Source: Escherichia coli (GTDB lineage Bacteria > Pseudomonadota > Gammaproteobacteria > Enterobacterales > Enterobacteriaceae). Taken from it: a stretch of DNA of 64,000 nt. Below are positions 40,330 to 56,962 of the stretch, piece after piece. Numbering within the stretch: position 1 is the first letter of the stretch; every line of letters begins with the position of its first letter. The notes beneath the pieces were generated by a model. It did not search any database, was not told the origin of the DNA, and saw only the letters and a program-made list of their open reading frames with translations. The stretch is from the NCBI RefSeq assembly GCF_003334765.1, contig NZ_QOWT01000010.1; one strand, written 5' to 3'. Position numbers and translations under genes: made by a program.

Positions 40330-40456
40330 CTGGCGTTTGAGAATCACCAGAGCGGGGTAAATTTAAATTATGAGAGGTTGGTCATATTATCGCGGGGAAA
40401 CGAACCGAGGATTTGACAAAGCAATGCTGCGCCAACGTCTGGCACATGTTCAACGT

Positions 40457-40512
<56 letters not shown>

Positions 40513-41088
40513 TTAGTAGTAGGAGTGTTCGCCGCGCTGGTGTTCGGTGAGATCGCGCACACCTTTCAGCTCCGGGAATTCGTTCAGCAGCTGCTTCTCG
40601 ATCCCTTCTTTCAGCGTCACATCGACCATGGAACAACCGTTACAGCCGCCGCCAAATTGCAGAATGGCGTAACCGTCTTCGGTGATTTCCATCAGCGAAA
40701 CGCGACCACCGTGACCAGCAAGCTGTGGGTTGATCTGCGACTGCAGCATATACTCCACGCGCTCCATCAGCGGTGCATCGTCTGCCACTTTACGCATTTT
40801 GGCGTTCGGGGCTTTCAGCGTTAACTGGGAACCCAACTGGTCGGTAACAAAATCGATCTCTGCATCTTCCAGGTATGGTGCGCTTAACTCATCAACATAC
40901 GCGGTCAGCAGGTCAAATTTCAGGGCTGTGTCGGTGGCTTCCACAGCGTCCGGCGGACAATAAGAAACGCCACATTCAGCGTTAGGCGTGCCAGGGTTAA
41001 TCACAAATACGCGGATTTGTGTCCCTTCTTCCTGATTTGCCAGCAGTTTGGCAAAGTGCGCTTGTGCAGCATCGGAAATACGGATCAT
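40513..41088 (-). CDS. nfuA: Fe/S biogenesis protein NfuA
   Basis: 191-aa [19 protein letters not shown]... with the C-terminal Nfu CxxC motif ([15 protein letters not shown]). Confidence 0.95.
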
Positions 41089-41146
41089 AGTAATGGCCTA
41101 ATAGTTGACTATTTTAGTTGGTTATAATACGCCCATCATCGAGGCT

Positions 41147-42638
<1,492 letters not shown>

Positions 42639-42666
42639 GTGGCTTTTGAAATGGCGAGACAGAACT

Positions 42667-43545
42667 TTACTGACTCGCCGCAGCCAACTCTTCTTCTGAC
42701 AGCCCGGTAAAGCGCATGATGTCTGCAAGAGGAACTCCGGATTCAAGCATTATTTTGGCTATATGCAGGGCTTTGGATTGTTCCCCCTCCTGCCGCAATC
42801 TTTCCGCAATAGTCATTAAACTCTCCTTGTGTTTCGGTGAACGTTCGGCAACGCCGTCGATAAAATCGTTAAAACGTACAGCGTCGCCAGTTTGCAGTAT
42901 GTAATTAAACAGCCCTTTGATTTGTCTGTCATTAGCGTATCCACTACTTAATAAGCAGGCCATTTGCTCTACCAGCCCCATCAGGTCGCGTTGACGAATA
43001 TGTTTTTGAATTAACTCCAGCAGCGCCATACGTCGGTGCTGCATGATTTCATCATCAGGCATGACGGTGACATCAATCAGCGGAAATGCGGAGGCATAAA
43101 GCTGCCTTGCCAGTTTGGGATCGGCGAAACAATCCAGCCAACACAGCGAATAGGGATAGGGGCTTTCAATACCGTGGTAAAACAACAATGGCACCACCAT
43201 CGGCAACGTTTTGTATCCAGCATCAAGGTGATTTTGCATTGCGGCAATAGCGTAACGCATCATGCGAAATGCGATCAGTTTGTTTGAGGTGCTTTGATGT
43301 TCAATCAGACAATAGATGTATCCTGGTCCTTGTTCCGTTTTCACCGACCACAGCACATCGGAATAGCTTTCACGCAGATCGTCATCAATAAAGCTGCTCG
43401 ACTCCAGCTTGAGGGTTTTCATATCACAAAGCGCGTGAATGGGTGCCGGTAAATGAAACGCAAGAAAATCACGAGCCGTGTCCGGTTGGCGTAAAAAGAG
43501 TTTGAACAGCGCATCGTGTGGGGTGGAACTCTGCTTTTTGCTCAT
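42667..43545 (-). CDS. yhgA: Rpn-family recombination-promoting nuclease (PD-(D/E)XK transposase-like)
   Basis: 292-aa [31 protein letters not shown]...; matches the recalled YhgA (RpnA). Confidence 0.85.
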   Translation of the reverse strand: MSKKQSSTPHDALFKLFLRQPDTARDFLAFHLPAPIHALCDMKTLKLESSSFIDDDLRESYSDVLWSVKTEQGPGYIYCLIEHQSTSNKLIAFRMMRYAIAAMQNHLDAGYKTLPMVVPLLFYHGIESPYPYSLCWLDCFADPKLARQLYASAFPLIDVTVMPDDEIMQHRRMALLELIQKHIRQRDLMGLVEQMACLLSSGYANDRQIKGLFNYILQTGDAVRFNDFIDGVAERSPKHKESLMTIAERLRQEGEQSKALHIAKIMLESGVPLADIMRFTGLSEEELAAASQ

Positions 43546-43690
43546 GGCGTTCCTTCACCTGTTGTTTGAATGCCGCGACTCTACGCGCCACTCCACACCT
43601 GTGTATTAGCGAGTTTTCATCCCTGCGAGATGCTTTCAAAGGAACTTACGCCGTGCTGCAAGAGTTGCATTTTTATGGAAAGCCGCACGC

Positions 43691-43723
43691 AAAAAAGCCC
43701 GGATGCAGACGCATACCGGGCTT
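43691..43723 (-). terminator. Rho-independent terminator after feoABC
   Basis: On the minus strand, AAGCCCGG...CCGGGCTT hairpin followed by TTTTTTGC, directly downstream of feoC. Confidence 0.7.
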
Positions 43724-43747
43724 TCCAAAACAGGCGATGGAGTAAGG

Positions 43748-43984
43748 TTAACGCAGCGCCCACCACTCGCGCAGACAGGCTTTTCCTTCCGGGCAGCTTT
43801 TACAACTGCCAGAGAGGCAGCCGTCAGGTTCTTCCTGAATCCGCACGGCTTTGCCCATACTTTCCAGTTGTTGCAGCATGGCGTTAATCATTGGCTGTGG
43901 AGTGTTCAATGTCTGGCTTATCTGGGCCGCTTCCATACGGCCCCGTAACGCCAGCAAATCGCGCACCTGAATAAGTGAAGCCAT
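43748..43984 (-). CDS. feoC: Ferrous-iron transport regulator-like protein FeoC
   Basis: ORF trimmed to [26 protein letters not shown]... (78 aa) with a C-terminal Cys cluster. Confidence 0.9.
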   Translation of the reverse strand: MASLIQVRDLLALRGRMEAAQISQTLNTPQPMINAMLQQLESMGKAVRIQEEPDGCLSGSCKSCPEGKACLREWWALR

Positions 43985-46305
43985 TAATGGCAATCACCGG
44001 TGGTGCTGGCTGCGCAGCAACTGCTTACCGACTTGCGGGTTGCCAGCAGTTCGATATCCACCCGGCTACGCGCGCGGCGCAGCAGACCGATAACCACGAT
44101 GTTAAACAGGATAACCGCCAGAATGCACACCAGGCTGTAAGTTGGATGCTGACTGTAGCTGGCGACCTGATAGAACAATGTTGCCAGTGAGTAAGCGATA
44201 TTCAGCCCCCACAGGATGGAGAAGCCCATCCAGCCACGGCTTGATTCACGGGCGATAGCCCCCATCACCGAGATACATGGTACATACAGCAGGACGAAAA
44301 TCAGGTAGCTGTAAGCTGCTGCTGCGCTACCGAATTTCTGATCCATCACGCCCATCGCCCCGGTACCCATTTCGCCGTCGCCTTTGCTGGCTTCAATGGG
44401 GTTCATCAGTACGCTAAGGCTGAAGGTGTCTTTCAGGCTCTGCCAGGTTTCATCTATCGCACTGAACAGCTCTTCACCGAGGTTAAATTCTGCCGGATTG
44501 AACTCTTCGTCCTGAATATTTTCTGCGGTGTAGAGGGTGTTGAGCGTACCCACTACCACTTCTTTCGCCATGGCACCTGTAAACAGGCCAACCGTTGCCT
44601 GCCAGTTATCTTCATGCACGCCAATTGGCTTGAAGACCGGGGTGATCACCCGGCTGACGGACGCCAGCGCCGAGTCGTTGATGTTATCGACGATTTTCCC
44701 GCTCAGCGAGAAGCTGTTGAAAGCGCTCAGGAAAATGCTGACGATGATGATCACTTTACCAGCACGCAGAACGAAGCCTTTCAGACGCTGCCAGGTCTGG
44801 ATAATCAGGCTTTTAACGTGTGGTACATGATAGACCGGCAACTCCATGACAAACGGCGTCGCTTCACCGCGCATGATGGTGTACTTGAGCATCAGGCCAG
44901 TCAGCACCGCCATCACAATACCCAGCATATACAGCGAGAAGACCGCCAGCGCACCGTTCTGCCCGAAGAAGGCAGCCGCGAATACTGCGAAGATAGCCAG
45001 ACGCGCGCCGCAGGACATAAACGGTGCCATCATGATGGTCATCAGACGTTCACGCGGTGCATCAAGCGTACGTGCACCCATTACCGACGGTACGTTACAA
45101 CCGAAACCGACGATCAGCGGCACAAAGGATTTCCCCGGCAAGCCCAGCGCCTGCATCAGACGGTCCATCACAAACGCCGCACGCGCCATATACCCGGAGT
45201 CCTCAAGGAAGGAGAGGAACAGGTACATCATGCCAATCTGCGGCACCAGTGGCAGCACGGTGTTAATGCCGCCACCCAGGCCCTGGGCGAGGAAGATAGT
45301 CAGCCAGTCCGGGAAGTGGAGCGTGTAGCCAATCCATTGAATACCATGCACAAATAGCGCCACGGAGCCGACGTCAAACAGCGGCTGTAACGCCCCGCCG
45401 ATGTTGATAGCCAGCAGGAACATCAGGTACATCACAAAGAGGAAAATCGGCAGACCGAGGAAACGGTTGAGCACGATTTTATCTACCGCAGTGGTGAAAC
45501 GGCTGGGTTCTGCCGTCAGGGTGTTGCTTACCACATCACAGATGGCAGCAATGCACTGGTAACGCGCATCGGCAATGTGCAGCGCCGGATCGTCCATCTC
45601 ATTACGCAGACGGGCGAGGGCGGCATCCAGATGCTGCGACGCTTCACCGGCGTAGGCGCGGCTGTAGATATCGCCTTCCAGCATTTGCAGGCCCAGCCAG
45701 CGACGTTGTTTCAGCGGGATGTCGGAAGGCATCACTTTTGCCAGTGAATCTGCTTCGTTGAGCAGCGGCTGTGCGTAATGCACCAGTTCCACATTCTCGT
45801 TAGCTTTATAGCGATCAATCGCCAGCTTGAGCGCTTCAATACCGCGACCACGGGTTGAAACCAGCGGGATCACCGGACAGCCCAGACGCGCCGACAGAGC
45901 ATCAATTTCAATACGAATATTTTGCTTCTCGGCAATGTCGAGCATGTTCAGTGCCACAATGCAGGGAATGCCGAGTTCCAGCAGTTGTAGCGTCAGGTAC
46001 AGGTTACGCTCAAGGTTAGACGCATCCACCACGTTAATCAGCAGGTCGGCGTCGCCACTCAAAATGTAGTGACAGGCGATTTGCTCATCGAGCGAGGTCT
46101 GCGATGAGATGGTGGTCAGAGAATAGGTGCCGGGCAGGTCCACCAGCGTGACCTGATGATCGGTGGTGGAGAATTGCCCTTCTTTACGTTCGACGGTAAC
46201 GCCAGCCCAGTTACCTACACGCTGACGTGAGCCAGTGAGCTGGTTAAATAACGTTGTCTTGCCAGAATTTGGATTACCAATTAAGCCAATGGTTAATTTT
46301 TTCAT
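43984..46305 (-). CDS. feoB: Ferrous iron transporter FeoB (GTPase-permease)
   Basis: ORF 43984-46317 trimmed to [25 protein letters not shown]... (773 aa); N-terminal G-domain and polytopic C-terminal permease. Confidence 0.97.
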   Translation of the reverse strand: MKKLTIGLIGNPNSGKTTLFNQLTGSRQRVGNWAGVTVERKEGQFSTTDHQVTLVDLPGTYSLTTISSQTSLDEQIACHYILSGDADLLINVVDASNLERNLYLTLQLLELGIPCIVALNMLDIAEKQNIRIEIDALSARLGCPVIPLVSTRGRGIEALKLAIDRYKANENVELVHYAQPLLNEADSLAKVMPSDIPLKQRRWLGLQMLEGDIYSRAYAGEASQHLDAALARLRNEMDDPALHIADARYQCIAAICDVVSNTLTAEPSRFTTAVDKIVLNRFLGLPIFLFVMYLMFLLAINIGGALQPLFDVGSVALFVHGIQWIGYTLHFPDWLTIFLAQGLGGGINTVLPLVPQIGMMYLFLSFLEDSGYMARAAFVMDRLMQALGLPGKSFVPLIVGFGCNVPSVMGARTLDAPRERLMTIMMAPFMSCGARLAIFAVFAAAFFGQNGALAVFSLYMLGIVMAVLTGLMLKYTIMRGEATPFVMELPVYHVPHVKSLIIQTWQRLKGFVLRAGKVIIIVSIFLSAFNSFSLSGKIVDNINDSALASVSRVITPVFKPIGVHEDNWQATVGLFTGAMAKEVVVGTLNTLYTAENIQDEEFNPAEFNLGEELFSAIDETWQSLKDTFSLSVLMNPIEASKGDGEMGTGAMGVMDQKFGSAAAAYSYLIFVLLYVPCISVMGAIARESSRGWMGFSILWGLNIAYSLATLFYQVASYSQHPTYSLVCILAVILFNIVVIGLLRRARSRVDIELLATRKSVSSCCAASTTGDCH

Positions 46306-46321
46306 TGTTGTTATCACCGTA

Positions 46322-46549
46322 TTAACAGGAAACCGCTTCCACTTCTAATAAGGCCAGATCTTTTTTGCGTAATACCAGGCTCACACGACGGGTTTCGATA
46401 TGAATGGGGTCGCCGAGTGGAGCGACGCGCACCACATTAAAAGAGGAGCCAGGTAACATGCCAAGAGAAAGCAGTTTTTGGCGATATGCCGGGCTGATTT
46501 CACGGGAAAAGCCAGTGATTTTCCACGCAGTATCTGGAGTGTATTGCAT
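46322..46549 (-). CDS. feoA: Ferrous iron transport protein FeoA
   Basis: 75-aa [38 protein letters not shown]... Confidence 0.95.
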   Translation of the reverse strand: MQYTPDTAWKITGFSREISPAYRQKLLSLGMLPGSSFNVVRVAPLGDPIHIETRRVSLVLRKKDLALLEVEAVSC

Positions 46550-46657
46550 AGGTGCCTACTTGTTTCTCATTAACTGGATAACTACCTCATGGGGCGTTTG
46601 ACAGCGACATGAGACCAGATGATTTGCCAACAAAGGAGAGATTAAATAATCAACAAC

Positions 46658-46752
46658 ACAATGATAATGAGAATGGTTTCTATCAGCAATACTTAAAATG
46701 TGTGCGAATGTTGGTTTGAATAATAATCTGACTCAATGTTGATGTGGCTCAA
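46658..46752 (-). promoter_or_regulatory. feoA upstream control region with candidate Fur box and FNR site
   Basis: AATGATAATGAGAATGG (Fur-like, about 46660-46678) and TTGATGTGGCTCAA (TTGAT-N4-xTCAA, FNR-like, 46739-46752) within the AT-rich leader upstream of feoA; exact positions not verified. Confidence 0.4.
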
Positions 46753-46887
46753 GGTTATATCGCAGCGAAAATATAATTCGAATAGTGAATTACCCGGACT
46801 GGCTAATGTTTAATTAAGGTTTCAGTTGTTAATGAAATGATAAATATTGCCGGAATATATTATGAGTTTGGCTGTGGAATAAAAATG

Positions 46888-47000
46888 CCGGAGATATTCT
46901 CCGGCACTTTTATGTCAGGCAAGGCGTTCGTTGCCAGATGCGGCGTGAACGCCTTATCTGCCCTACGATTTCGTGCAAATTCGAACCGTAGGCCAGTACG
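46888..47000. repeat. Terminator hairpin plus REP-like elements downstream of tex
   Basis: GCCGGAGATATTCTCCGGC hairpin (T-run on the minus strand), then REP-like GCCAGATGCGGCGTGAACGCCTTATCTGCCCTAC and GTAGGCCAGTACGGGCG. Confidence 0.6.
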
Positions 47001-47005
47001 GGCGT

Positions 47006-49327
47006 TTAACGTTTTTTGCCCATTGCCGCCGCCAGCGCATCCATCATCGCGCTATTACCGGCAGGCTGCGCTTCACGACCGCGTGGTTTGGCTGCCGGGC
47101 GGTTGTTTTGCGGGCGTTCATTACCGCCGCCGCGACGAGCGTTGGTTTCGCCAGGCTGCTCATCCAGGCGCATAGTCAGGGCGATACGTTTACGCTGAAG
47201 ATCCACTTCCAGCACTTTCACCTTCACAATGTCGCCCGCTTTCACCACGGTATGCGGATCTTCCACAAACTTGTTCGACAATGAAGAGATGTGAACCAGG
47301 CCGTCCTGATGCACGCCAATATCGACAAACGCGCCAAAGTTGGTGACGTTGGTCACTGCGCCTTCGAGGATCATACCCGGTTGCAGGTCGTTCATTGTCT
47401 CGACGCCATCGGCAAACTGAGCGGTTTTAAATTCCGGACGCGGATCGCGACCCGGTTTTTCCAGCTCTTTGATGATGTCGGTTACCGTCGGCACACCGAA
47501 TTTCTCATCAGTAAAGTCAGACGCTTTCAGGTTACGCAGTTCGCTGCTGTTACCCATCAGATCTTTCAGTGCCTGCTGTGTTGCTGCCAGAATGCGTTCC
47601 ACCACCGGATAGGCTTCCGGGTGAACGGTAGACGCGTCCAGCGGGTTATCACCGTGGTTAATGCGCAAGAAGCCCGCGCACTGCTCGAAGGCTTTCGGCC
47701 CCAGACGGCTCACTTTTAACAGTTGCTGACGGTTCTGGAACTGACCGTTCTCATCGCGCCAGGCAACGATGTTTTGCGCCATCATGCGCGTCAGGCCCGC
47801 CACGCGGGTTAACAGCGGAACAGAAGCAGTGTTGAGATCGACGCCAACGGCGTTTACGCAGTCTTCTACTACTGCGTCCAGTTTGCGGGCCAGTTGCGTC
47901 TGGCTGACGTCATGCTGATACTGACCTACGCCGATAGATTTCGGATCGATTTTCACCAGCTCCGCCAGCGGATCCTGCAAACGGCGGGCGATAGACACCG
48001 CGCCACGCAGCGAAACGTCGAGATCCGGGAACTCCTGTGCAGCCAGCTCGGAAGCCGAGTAAACCGACGCGCCTGCTTCGCTGACGATTACTTTCTGCGC
48101 GGTCACTTTCGGGAACTGCTTCTGCACATCGAGATAGAAACGCTCAGTTTCGCGGGAAGCTGTACCGTTACCGATCGCTACCAGTTCAACGTTATGTTTT
48201 TCACACAGCGCAGCAACGGTCATCGCTGCTTTTGCGGCCTGTCCGGTGTGCGGGTAAATGGTGTCGGTCGCCACCAGTTTGCCAGTGGCATCGACCACCG
48301 CCACTTTTACCCCAGTACGCAGACCCGGATCGAGGCCCATCGTTGCACGCAGTCCGGCAGGGGCCGCCATCAGCAGATCGTGCAGGTTACGGGCAAAGAC
48401 GTTGATTGCTTCATCTTCCGCACGTTCGCGCACGGTGCCCATCAGTTCGGTTTCCAGATGCATCAGCACCTTGATGCGCCACGTCCAGCTCACCACGCCT
48501 TTGCGCCAGCTATCCGCCGGGGCATTGTTCAGGCGCAGGCCAAGGTGATCCATGATGATTTGCTCGCAATAGCTCTCTTTGGGCGGCTCATCGAACTGTG
48601 GATCGGCATTCAGCGAAAGCTGAAGTACGCCTTCGTTACGCCCACGGAACATCGCCAGCGCGCGGTGAGAAGGCACCGTGGACAACGGTTCGTGATGATC
48701 GAAATAGTCGCGGAATTTCGCCCCTTCCTCTTCTTTACCGCTCACCACCGTAGAAACCAAATGCGCGTTCTTCCACAGATAATCACGCACTTTCGCCAGC
48801 AGCGCGGCATCTTCGGCAAACCGTTCCATCAGGATATAGCGCGCGCCATCCAGCGCGGCTTTGGTATCTGCCACGCCTTTATCGGCATCAACATATTGTG
48901 CAGCGGCGACTTCTGGCGTGTGTGACGGATCGCTCCACAGCAGGTCAGCCAACGGCTCAAGCCCTGCTTCAATGGCGATTTGCCCGCGGGTGCGGCGTTT
49001 AGGTTTGTAGGGCAGGTAGAGGTCTTCGAGTTCGGTTTTGCTTAGGGTGGCGTTGATGGCCTTCGCCAGATCATCGGTGAGTTTGCCTTGCTCGGAAATG
49101 GACTTGAGGATCGCCTGACGTCTCTCTTCCAGCTCGCGCAGATAGCTCAGACGCGTTTCCAGATTACGCAGCTGCGTGTCATCCAGACCGCCGGTGATTT
49201 CCTTACGATAACGTGCGATAAACGGCACGGTATTCCCTTCGTCAAGCAGGCGAACGGCAGCGTCAACCTGTTCCGGGCGCGCCTGAATTTCACCCGCAAT
49301 AATGCGGCAGAACGAATCATTCATCAT
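47006..49327 (-). CDS. tex: Transcription accessory protein Tex (YqgF/HhH/S1 domains)
   Basis: 773-aa [46 protein letters not shown]... with a C-terminal S1 domain. Confidence 0.95.
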   Translation of the reverse strand: MMNDSFCRIIAGEIQARPEQVDAAVRLLDEGNTVPFIARYRKEITGGLDDTQLRNLETRLSYLRELEERRQAILKSISEQGKLTDDLAKAINATLSKTELEDLYLPYKPKRRTRGQIAIEAGLEPLADLLWSDPSHTPEVAAAQYVDADKGVADTKAALDGARYILMERFAEDAALLAKVRDYLWKNAHLVSTVVSGKEEEGAKFRDYFDHHEPLSTVPSHRALAMFRGRNEGVLQLSLNADPQFDEPPKESYCEQIIMDHLGLRLNNAPADSWRKGVVSWTWRIKVLMHLETELMGTVRERAEDEAINVFARNLHDLLMAAPAGLRATMGLDPGLRTGVKVAVVDATGKLVATDTIYPHTGQAAKAAMTVAALCEKHNVELVAIGNGTASRETERFYLDVQKQFPKVTAQKVIVSEAGASVYSASELAAQEFPDLDVSLRGAVSIARRLQDPLAELVKIDPKSIGVGQYQHDVSQTQLARKLDAVVEDCVNAVGVDLNTASVPLLTRVAGLTRMMAQNIVAWRDENGQFQNRQQLLKVSRLGPKAFEQCAGFLRINHGDNPLDASTVHPEAYPVVERILAATQQALKDLMGNSSELRNLKASDFTDEKFGVPTVTDIIKELEKPGRDPRPEFKTAQFADGVETMNDLQPGMILEGAVTNVTNFGAFVDIGVHQDGLVHISSLSNKFVEDPHTVVKAGDIVKVKVLEVDLQRKRIALTMRLDEQPGETNARRGGGNERPQNNRPAAKPRGREAQPAGNSAMMDALAAAMGKKR

Positions 49328-49423
49328 GGTTTGAGTTCATCTTTTCGGATCAAAAATCAGGGGATAGTTATACGGACTGGCTGGCAAAAATGCCAGCCAT
49401 CGGCAGGAGGTTAAGACTCTTCC

Positions 49424-49900
49424 TTACGGTTTCACGTACTCGATAGCATTAACATACCAGCTCGCTTCCCCGGCAGGGGTATTCACCACCGCCAGATCGC
49501 CGACTTCTTTTTTCAGCAATGCGCGGGCCATCGGGGAATCGATAGAGATGTAATCTTTACGGCCAAAAATTTCATCGTAGCCGACAATACGGAAACGGTG
49601 AGTCACGCCATCGTCGTTTTCAATCTCCACCCACGCGCCAAAAAAGACTTTGCCTTCCTGCTGAGGGGAGTAATCGACGATTTTGAGATTTTCCAGGCAT
49701 TTAGTGAGATAGCGCACGCGACGGTCGATTTCACGCAGACGCTTTTTATTATACTGATAGTCAGCATTTTCGCTGCGGTCGCCCAGACTTGCGGCCCAGG
49801 TCACCTTTTTTGTGACCTCCGGGCGTTCTTCACGCCAGAGATAATTAAGCTCTTGTTTGAGTTTTTCATACCCTTCCCGGGTAACCAGGGGCGTTTTCAT
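49424..49900 (-). CDS. greB: Transcript cleavage factor GreB
   Basis: ORF trimmed to MKTPLVTREGYEKLKQELNYLWREERPEV... (158 aa). Confidence 0.95.
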   Translation of the reverse strand: MKTPLVTREGYEKLKQELNYLWREERPEVTKKVTWAASLGDRSENADYQYNKKRLREIDRRVRYLTKCLENLKIVDYSPQQEGKVFFGAWVEIENDDGVTHRFRIVGYDEIFGRKDYISIDSPMARALLKKEVGDLAVVNTPAGEASWYVNAIEYVKP

Positions 49901-50127
49901 CTCGTTGATTCCCTTTGTCTGTTTGATAATGCGCACATTGGGTATAACGTGATCATATCAACAGAATCAATAATGTTTCGCCGAATAAATTGTATACTTA
50001 AGCTGCTGTTTAATATGCTTTGTAACAATTTAGGCTGAAATTCATACCAGATTTAGCTGGTGACGAACGTGAGCTTTTTTAAGAATACACGCTTACAAAT
50101 TGTTGCGAACCTTTGGGAGTACAAACA

Positions 50128-52196
<2,069 letters not shown>

Positions 52197-52200
52197 ATAA

Positions 52201-52224
52201 ACGGGAGGCGAAGGTGCCTCCCGT
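52201..52224. terminator. Bidirectional rho-independent terminator between convergent envZ and pckA
   Basis: ACGGGAGGC gaaggt GCCTCCCGT with T-rich flanks on both strands. Confidence 0.75.
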
Positions 52225-52271
52225 TTTGCTTTCTATAAGATACTGGATAGATATTCTCCAGCTTCAAATCA

Positions 52272-53894
52272 TTACAGTTTCGGACCAGCCGCTACCAGCG
52301 CGGCACCCGCAGGGGTGTCGGTGTATTTATCGAAGTTGTCGATAAACAGTTTCGCCAGGGTTTCGGCTTTTTCCTGCCACTGTTCCGGAGAAGCGTAGGT
52401 GTTACGCGGATCGAGAATCTTCGTGTCTACGCCCGGCAGTTCGGTTGGGATCGCCAGGTTAAACATCGGCAGAGTGAAGGTTTCTGCATTATCCAGCGAA
52501 CCGTTGAGGATGGCGTCGATAATGGCGCGGGTATCTTTAATCGAGATACGTTTGCCAGTGCCGTTCCAGCCAGTGTTAACCAGATAAGCCTGCGCGCCCG
52601 CCGCCTGCATACGTTTCACCAGCACTTCTGCGTACTGAGTCGGGTGCAGCGACAGGAATGCCGCGCCGAAGCAAGCGGAGAAGGTTGGCGTCGGTTCGGT
52701 GATGCCACGCTCAGTACCGGCCAGTTTGGCGGTGAAGCCAGAGAGGAAGTGATACTGGGTTTGATCGGCAGTCAGGCGAGAAACCGGCGGCAACACGCCG
52801 AAAGCATCAGCAGTCAGGAAGATAACCTTAGTCGCGTGGCCCGCTTTGGAAACCGGCTTAACAATGTTATCGATGTGATAGATCGGATAAGAAACGCGGG
52901 TGTTCTCGGTTTTTGAACCATCATCAAAGTCGATAGTGCCATCTTCACGCACGGTGACGTTTTCCAGCAACGCATCACGACGGATAGCGTTGTAGATTTC
53001 AGGTTCCGCTTCTTTCGACAGCTTGATAGTTTTTGCGTAGCAGCCGCCTTCGAAGTTAAACACGCCGTCATCGTCCCAGCCGTGTTCGTCATCGCCAATC
53101 AGGCGACGTTTCGGGTCGGTGGAAAGGGTGGTTTTACCGGTGCCGGAAAGGCCGAAGAACACCGCAACATCGCCTTTCTCACCAACGTTGGCGGAGCAGT
53201 GCATAGAAGCGATACCTTTCAGCGGCAGCAGGTAGTTCATCATCGAGAACATCCCTTTCTTCATTTCGCCGCCGTACCAGGTGCCGCCAATCAGCTGCAT
53301 GCGCTCGGTCAGGTTAAACGCCACGAAGTTTTCGGAGTTGAGACCCTGTTCTTTCCACTGCGGGTTAGTGCACTTCGCGCCGTTCATAACGATAAAGTCT
53401 GGTTTGAAACCTGCCAGTTCTTCATCGCTCGGGCGAATAAACATGTTTTTGACAAAATGCGCCTGCCAGGCCACTTCGGTGATGAAACGGACGGAAAGAC
53501 GAGTATCCGGGTTCGCACCACAGAAAGCGTCGACAACGAACAGACGTTTGCCGGAAAGCTGCCTGGTCACCAGGCCTTTCAGATGCTGCCAGGTTTCCGG
53601 AGAGAGAGGTTTGTTGTCGTTCTTACCTTTGCCTTTGTCTGCCCACCAGAAAGTATCGCGAGTGGTATCGTCACGGACGATATACTTATCTTTTGGTGAA
53701 CGACCGGTGAAGATCCCGGTATCGACGGCAACGGCACCCAGATTAGTTAACACCCCGCGCTCATAACCTGTCAGGCTCGGATCGAGCTCTTCCTGATACA
53801 GCAGGTCGTAGCTTGGGTTGTAAACGATATCATGTACGTCACTGATACCATAAGCCTCGAGTTCTTGCGGGGTCAAACCATTGTTAACGCGCAT
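52272..53894 (-). CDS. pckA: Phosphoenolpyruvate carboxykinase (ATP)
   Basis: ORF 52272-53963 trimmed to [30 protein letters not shown]... (540 aa); P-loop GLSGTGKTT. Confidence 0.97.
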   Translation of the reverse strand: MRVNNGLTPQELEAYGISDVHDIVYNPSYDLLYQEELDPSLTGYERGVLTNLGAVAVDTGIFTGRSPKDKYIVRDDTTRDTFWWADKGKGKNDNKPLSPETWQHLKGLVTRQLSGKRLFVVDAFCGANPDTRLSVRFITEVAWQAHFVKNMFIRPSDEELAGFKPDFIVMNGAKCTNPQWKEQGLNSENFVAFNLTERMQLIGGTWYGGEMKKGMFSMMNYLLPLKGIASMHCSANVGEKGDVAVFFGLSGTGKTTLSTDPKRRLIGDDEHGWDDDGVFNFEGGCYAKTIKLSKEAEPEIYNAIRRDALLENVTVREDGTIDFDDGSKTENTRVSYPIYHIDNIVKPVSKAGHATKVIFLTADAFGVLPPVSRLTADQTQYHFLSGFTAKLAGTERGITEPTPTFSACFGAAFLSLHPTQYAEVLVKRMQAAGAQAYLVNTGWNGTGKRISIKDTRAIIDAILNGSLDNAETFTLPMFNLAIPTELPGVDTKILDPRNTYASPEQWQEKAETLAKLFIDNFDKYTDTPAGAALVAAGPKL

Positions 53895-54272
53895 TTCACT
53901 GCTCCTTAGCCAATATGTATTGCCTGAATAGTAAAGTCTTTTTGGGGGTGTTAACCGCGACAAGGCTCATAGATTTACGTATCTGGAGAAATTCATATTT
54001 GACAAAAAACTCCGTGATTCCTGTCACGAAACGGTTGCTATTATCGCAGAAATAGCATTTTAGGTGTGGAAAATGTTCTCAAAAGGTTAAATCTTGGTTT
54101 ATATGGCGGGAATATTGTGAGTGGAATCGCATTCCTGAATGAAATTGATGCAAATTCAACCGGTAAAGTATCGATTCACCACGCTAACTTTTTTTGATTA
54201 TTTTCTGAAAAAAGCAAAATACTACTGCCCGGATGCGATAATTAACCCACCTTTTGATTCTGGATAACCAAC

Positions 54273-55997
54273 ATGGATAACGTTGAACTTTCACCCGCAA
54301 CACGCTGGGGGATGATTGCTACCGGATTACTTCAGGGTCTGGTTTGCTACCTGCTGATCGCCTGGCTTTCCGGAAAAAATCACAGTTGGATTGTTTATGG
54401 CGTGCCTGCGACCGTCGCGTTTTCATCCGTTTTACTCTTCTCCGTGATCTCTTTTAAACAGAAGCGCCTTTGGGGATGGCTGGCGCTAGTGTTTATTGCC
54501 ACGCTGGGGATGAGCGGCTGGCTGAAGTGGCAAACTGATGGCATGAACCCCTGGAGAGCTGAAAAGGCGCTTTGGGATTTTGGTTGCTATCTGCTGTTGA
54601 TGGCAATGTTGTTGCTACCGTGGATACAACAAAGCCTTCGCATCCGCAATGACAGTAGCCGCTATCGCTATTTTTACCAGTCAGTATGGCATAACGTACT
54701 TATATTACTGGTGATTTTTCTCGCCAATGGCTTGACGTGGCTGGTGCTTTTACTGTGGAGTGAGTTGTTTAAACTTGTTGGCATCACGTTTTTCAATACG
54801 CTCTTTTTTGCAACCGACTGGTTTATTTATCTCACGTTAGGTCTGGTTACCGCGCTGGCGGTGATCCTCGCGCGAACACAGTCACGTTTAATCGACTCTA
54901 TTCAAAAGTTGTTCACGTTAATCGCCACGGGGTTGCTGCCGTTAGTATCATTGCTAACCCTGATGTTTATCATCACCCTGCCGTTTACGGGCCTGAGCGC
55001 GATTTCTCGCCACATCTCCGCCGCCGGGTTGCTGTTGACGCTGGCCTTTTTGCAATTGATCTTAATGGCTATTGTCCGCGATCCGCAAAAAGCGTCACTT
55101 CCCTGGACAGGGCCGTTGCGTTGCCTGATTAAAACCGCTTTGCTGGTTGCTCCGCTGTATGTGTTCGTCGCCGCCTGGGCGTTATGGCTGCGGGTCGCTC
55201 AGTACGGCTGGACTGTCGACCGCTTGCAGGGCGTGCTGGCGGTGCTGGTGTTACTGGTGTGGTCGCTGGGGTATTTTGTCAGCATCGTCTGGCGTAAAGG
55301 GCAAAATCCCGTTGTTCTTCAGGGCAAAGTGAACCTTGCGGTTTCGTTATTGGTGTTGGTGATACTGGTGCTTCTTAATTCGCCGGTGCTGGACAGTATG
55401 CGCATTAGCGTGAACAGCCATATGGCGCGTTATCAGAGCGGCAAAAACACGTCAGACCAGGTAACTATCTACATGCTCGAGCAGAGCGGTCGCTATGGAC
55501 GTGCTGCGCTTGAGTCGCTGAAAAGCGATGCCGGGTTTATGAAAGACCCGAAACGCGCGCGGGATCTGCTGATGGCGTTAGATGGAGAGCAACATCTTCA
55601 GCAACAGGTATCGGAAAAAGTATTAGCCGATAATGTGTTAATTGCCCCTGGTTCTGTTAAACCTGATGCGACATTCTGGTCGGCCTTAATCCAGGATCGC
55701 TATAACGTGATGACCTGTATTGAAAAAGACGCCTGCGTCCTGGTCGAGCAAGATCTGAATAGTGATGGTCAGGCGGAGCGGATCCTGTTTGCTTTTAATG
55801 ATGACAGAGTCATTGTCTATGGCTTTGACTCAGACAGAAAAGAATGGGACGCGCTTGATATGAGTTTACTTCCGAACGAAATAACGAAAGAAAAATTACT
55901 CACAGCTGCGAAGGATGGAAAACTGGGGACGAAGCCTAAAGCGTGGCGCGATCTTGTAGTGGATGGTGAAAGGCTGAATGTGAATCTGAATGAGTGA
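54273..55997 (+). CDS. yhgE: Polytopic inner-membrane protein of unknown function
   Basis: 574-aa ORF, hydrophobic N-terminal two-thirds and soluble C-terminal third; synteny. Confidence 0.85.
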
Positions 55998-56020
55998 CAA
56001 AGCGCATCAGGTGTATTAGT

Positions 56021-56050
56021 CGTAAAATCCGGCAGAGCCCTCTCTGCCGG
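56021..56050 (-). terminator. Hairpin terminator downstream of hslR-hslO
   Basis: CCGGCAGAG ccct CTCTGCCGG stem-loop; on the minus strand it is followed by ATTTTACG. Confidence 0.5.
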
Positions 56051-56059
56051 ACATACTCA

Positions 56060-56938
56060 TTAATGAACTTGCGGATCTGCCGGAGACGCGTTGTTGCGGA
56101 TTTCAGCAATATCCATCGCATTGAACAGATAGTGGTTACCGCAGTAATCACAATGCATGTCAATTTCGCCATCTTCCGCCAGGATGCTATCAACTTCTTC
56201 ATCAGGCAGCGTTTTCAGCGCATCGGCGCAACGTTCACGCGAGCAGGTGCATTTGAACTCCACATCCTGCGGATCGTAAACCGTCACCTCTTCTTCGTGA
56301 TACAAACGCCACAACACTTCGTTTGCCGGTAAGGTCAGCAGTTCTTCGGTTTTGATGGTTTCGGTTAGCGTCGCCAGGTGGTCAAAGTCGTCCTGCTGGG
56401 CATTTTGCGCAGGCATTACCTGCAACAACATACCGCCTGCAGCCGGTTTGCCGTCTACGTCGCCGGTGCGAATAAACAGGCGCGTCGGCAGCTGTTCAGA
56501 ACGCATAAAGTAATCTTCCAGGCAGGCCGCCAGGGTATCACCTTCCAGACCAACTACGCCCTGATAGCGTTCGCCTTCGCTCGGGGTAATGGTGATCACC
56601 ACGTAACCATTGCCGACCAGCGTTTTCAGGTCGGCATTTTCTGGAATTTCGCCCTGCACGCGCGCCACACCGCGCATCTGCTGGTTATTGTTACCGTTAA
56701 TAACCGCCAGATTCATCGGACCGTCGCCCTGCAGCTGTACGGTGATATCACCATCAAACTTCAGCGTAGCGGTTAACAGGCTGGTCGCAACCAGCAGTTC
56801 TGCCAGCACGTTTTTAACGGGCTGCGGATAATCGTGGTTCTCAAGGATCTGTTGCAGGGTTTCCGAAACGGTTACCAGTTCGCCGCGCACGGCAAAGTTT
56901 TCAAACAGATAGCGATGTAATTGGTCATGTTGCGGCAT
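56060..56938 (-). CDS. hslO: Redox-regulated chaperone Hsp33
   Basis: ORF trimmed to [22 protein letters not shown]... (292 aa); C-terminal zinc centre CxC...CxxC (CTCSRERC...CDYCGNHY). Confidence 0.95.
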   Translation of the reverse strand: MPQHDQLHRYLFENFAVRGELVTVSETLQQILENHDYPQPVKNVLAELLVATSLLTATLKFDGDITVQLQGDGPMNLAVINGNNNQQMRGVARVQGEIPENADLKTLVGNGYVVITITPSEGERYQGVVGLEGDTLAACLEDYFMRSEQLPTRLFIRTGDVDGKPAAGGMLLQVMPAQNAQQDDFDHLATLTETIKTEELLTLPANEVLWRLYHEEEVTVYDPQDVEFKCTCSRERCADALKTLPDEEVDSILAEDGEIDMHCDYCGNHYLFNAMDIAEIRNNASPADPQVH

Positions 56939-56962
56939 AATCATCTCTCTTGCAGGTGACAG

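Noticed and set aside
44614-45357. 247-aa ORF on the plus strand, with a second at 44846-45328
   Set aside because: Antisense to feoB; His/Arg-rich shadow frames.
47894-48925. 343-aa ORF on the plus strand
   Set aside because: Antisense to tex; shadow ORF.
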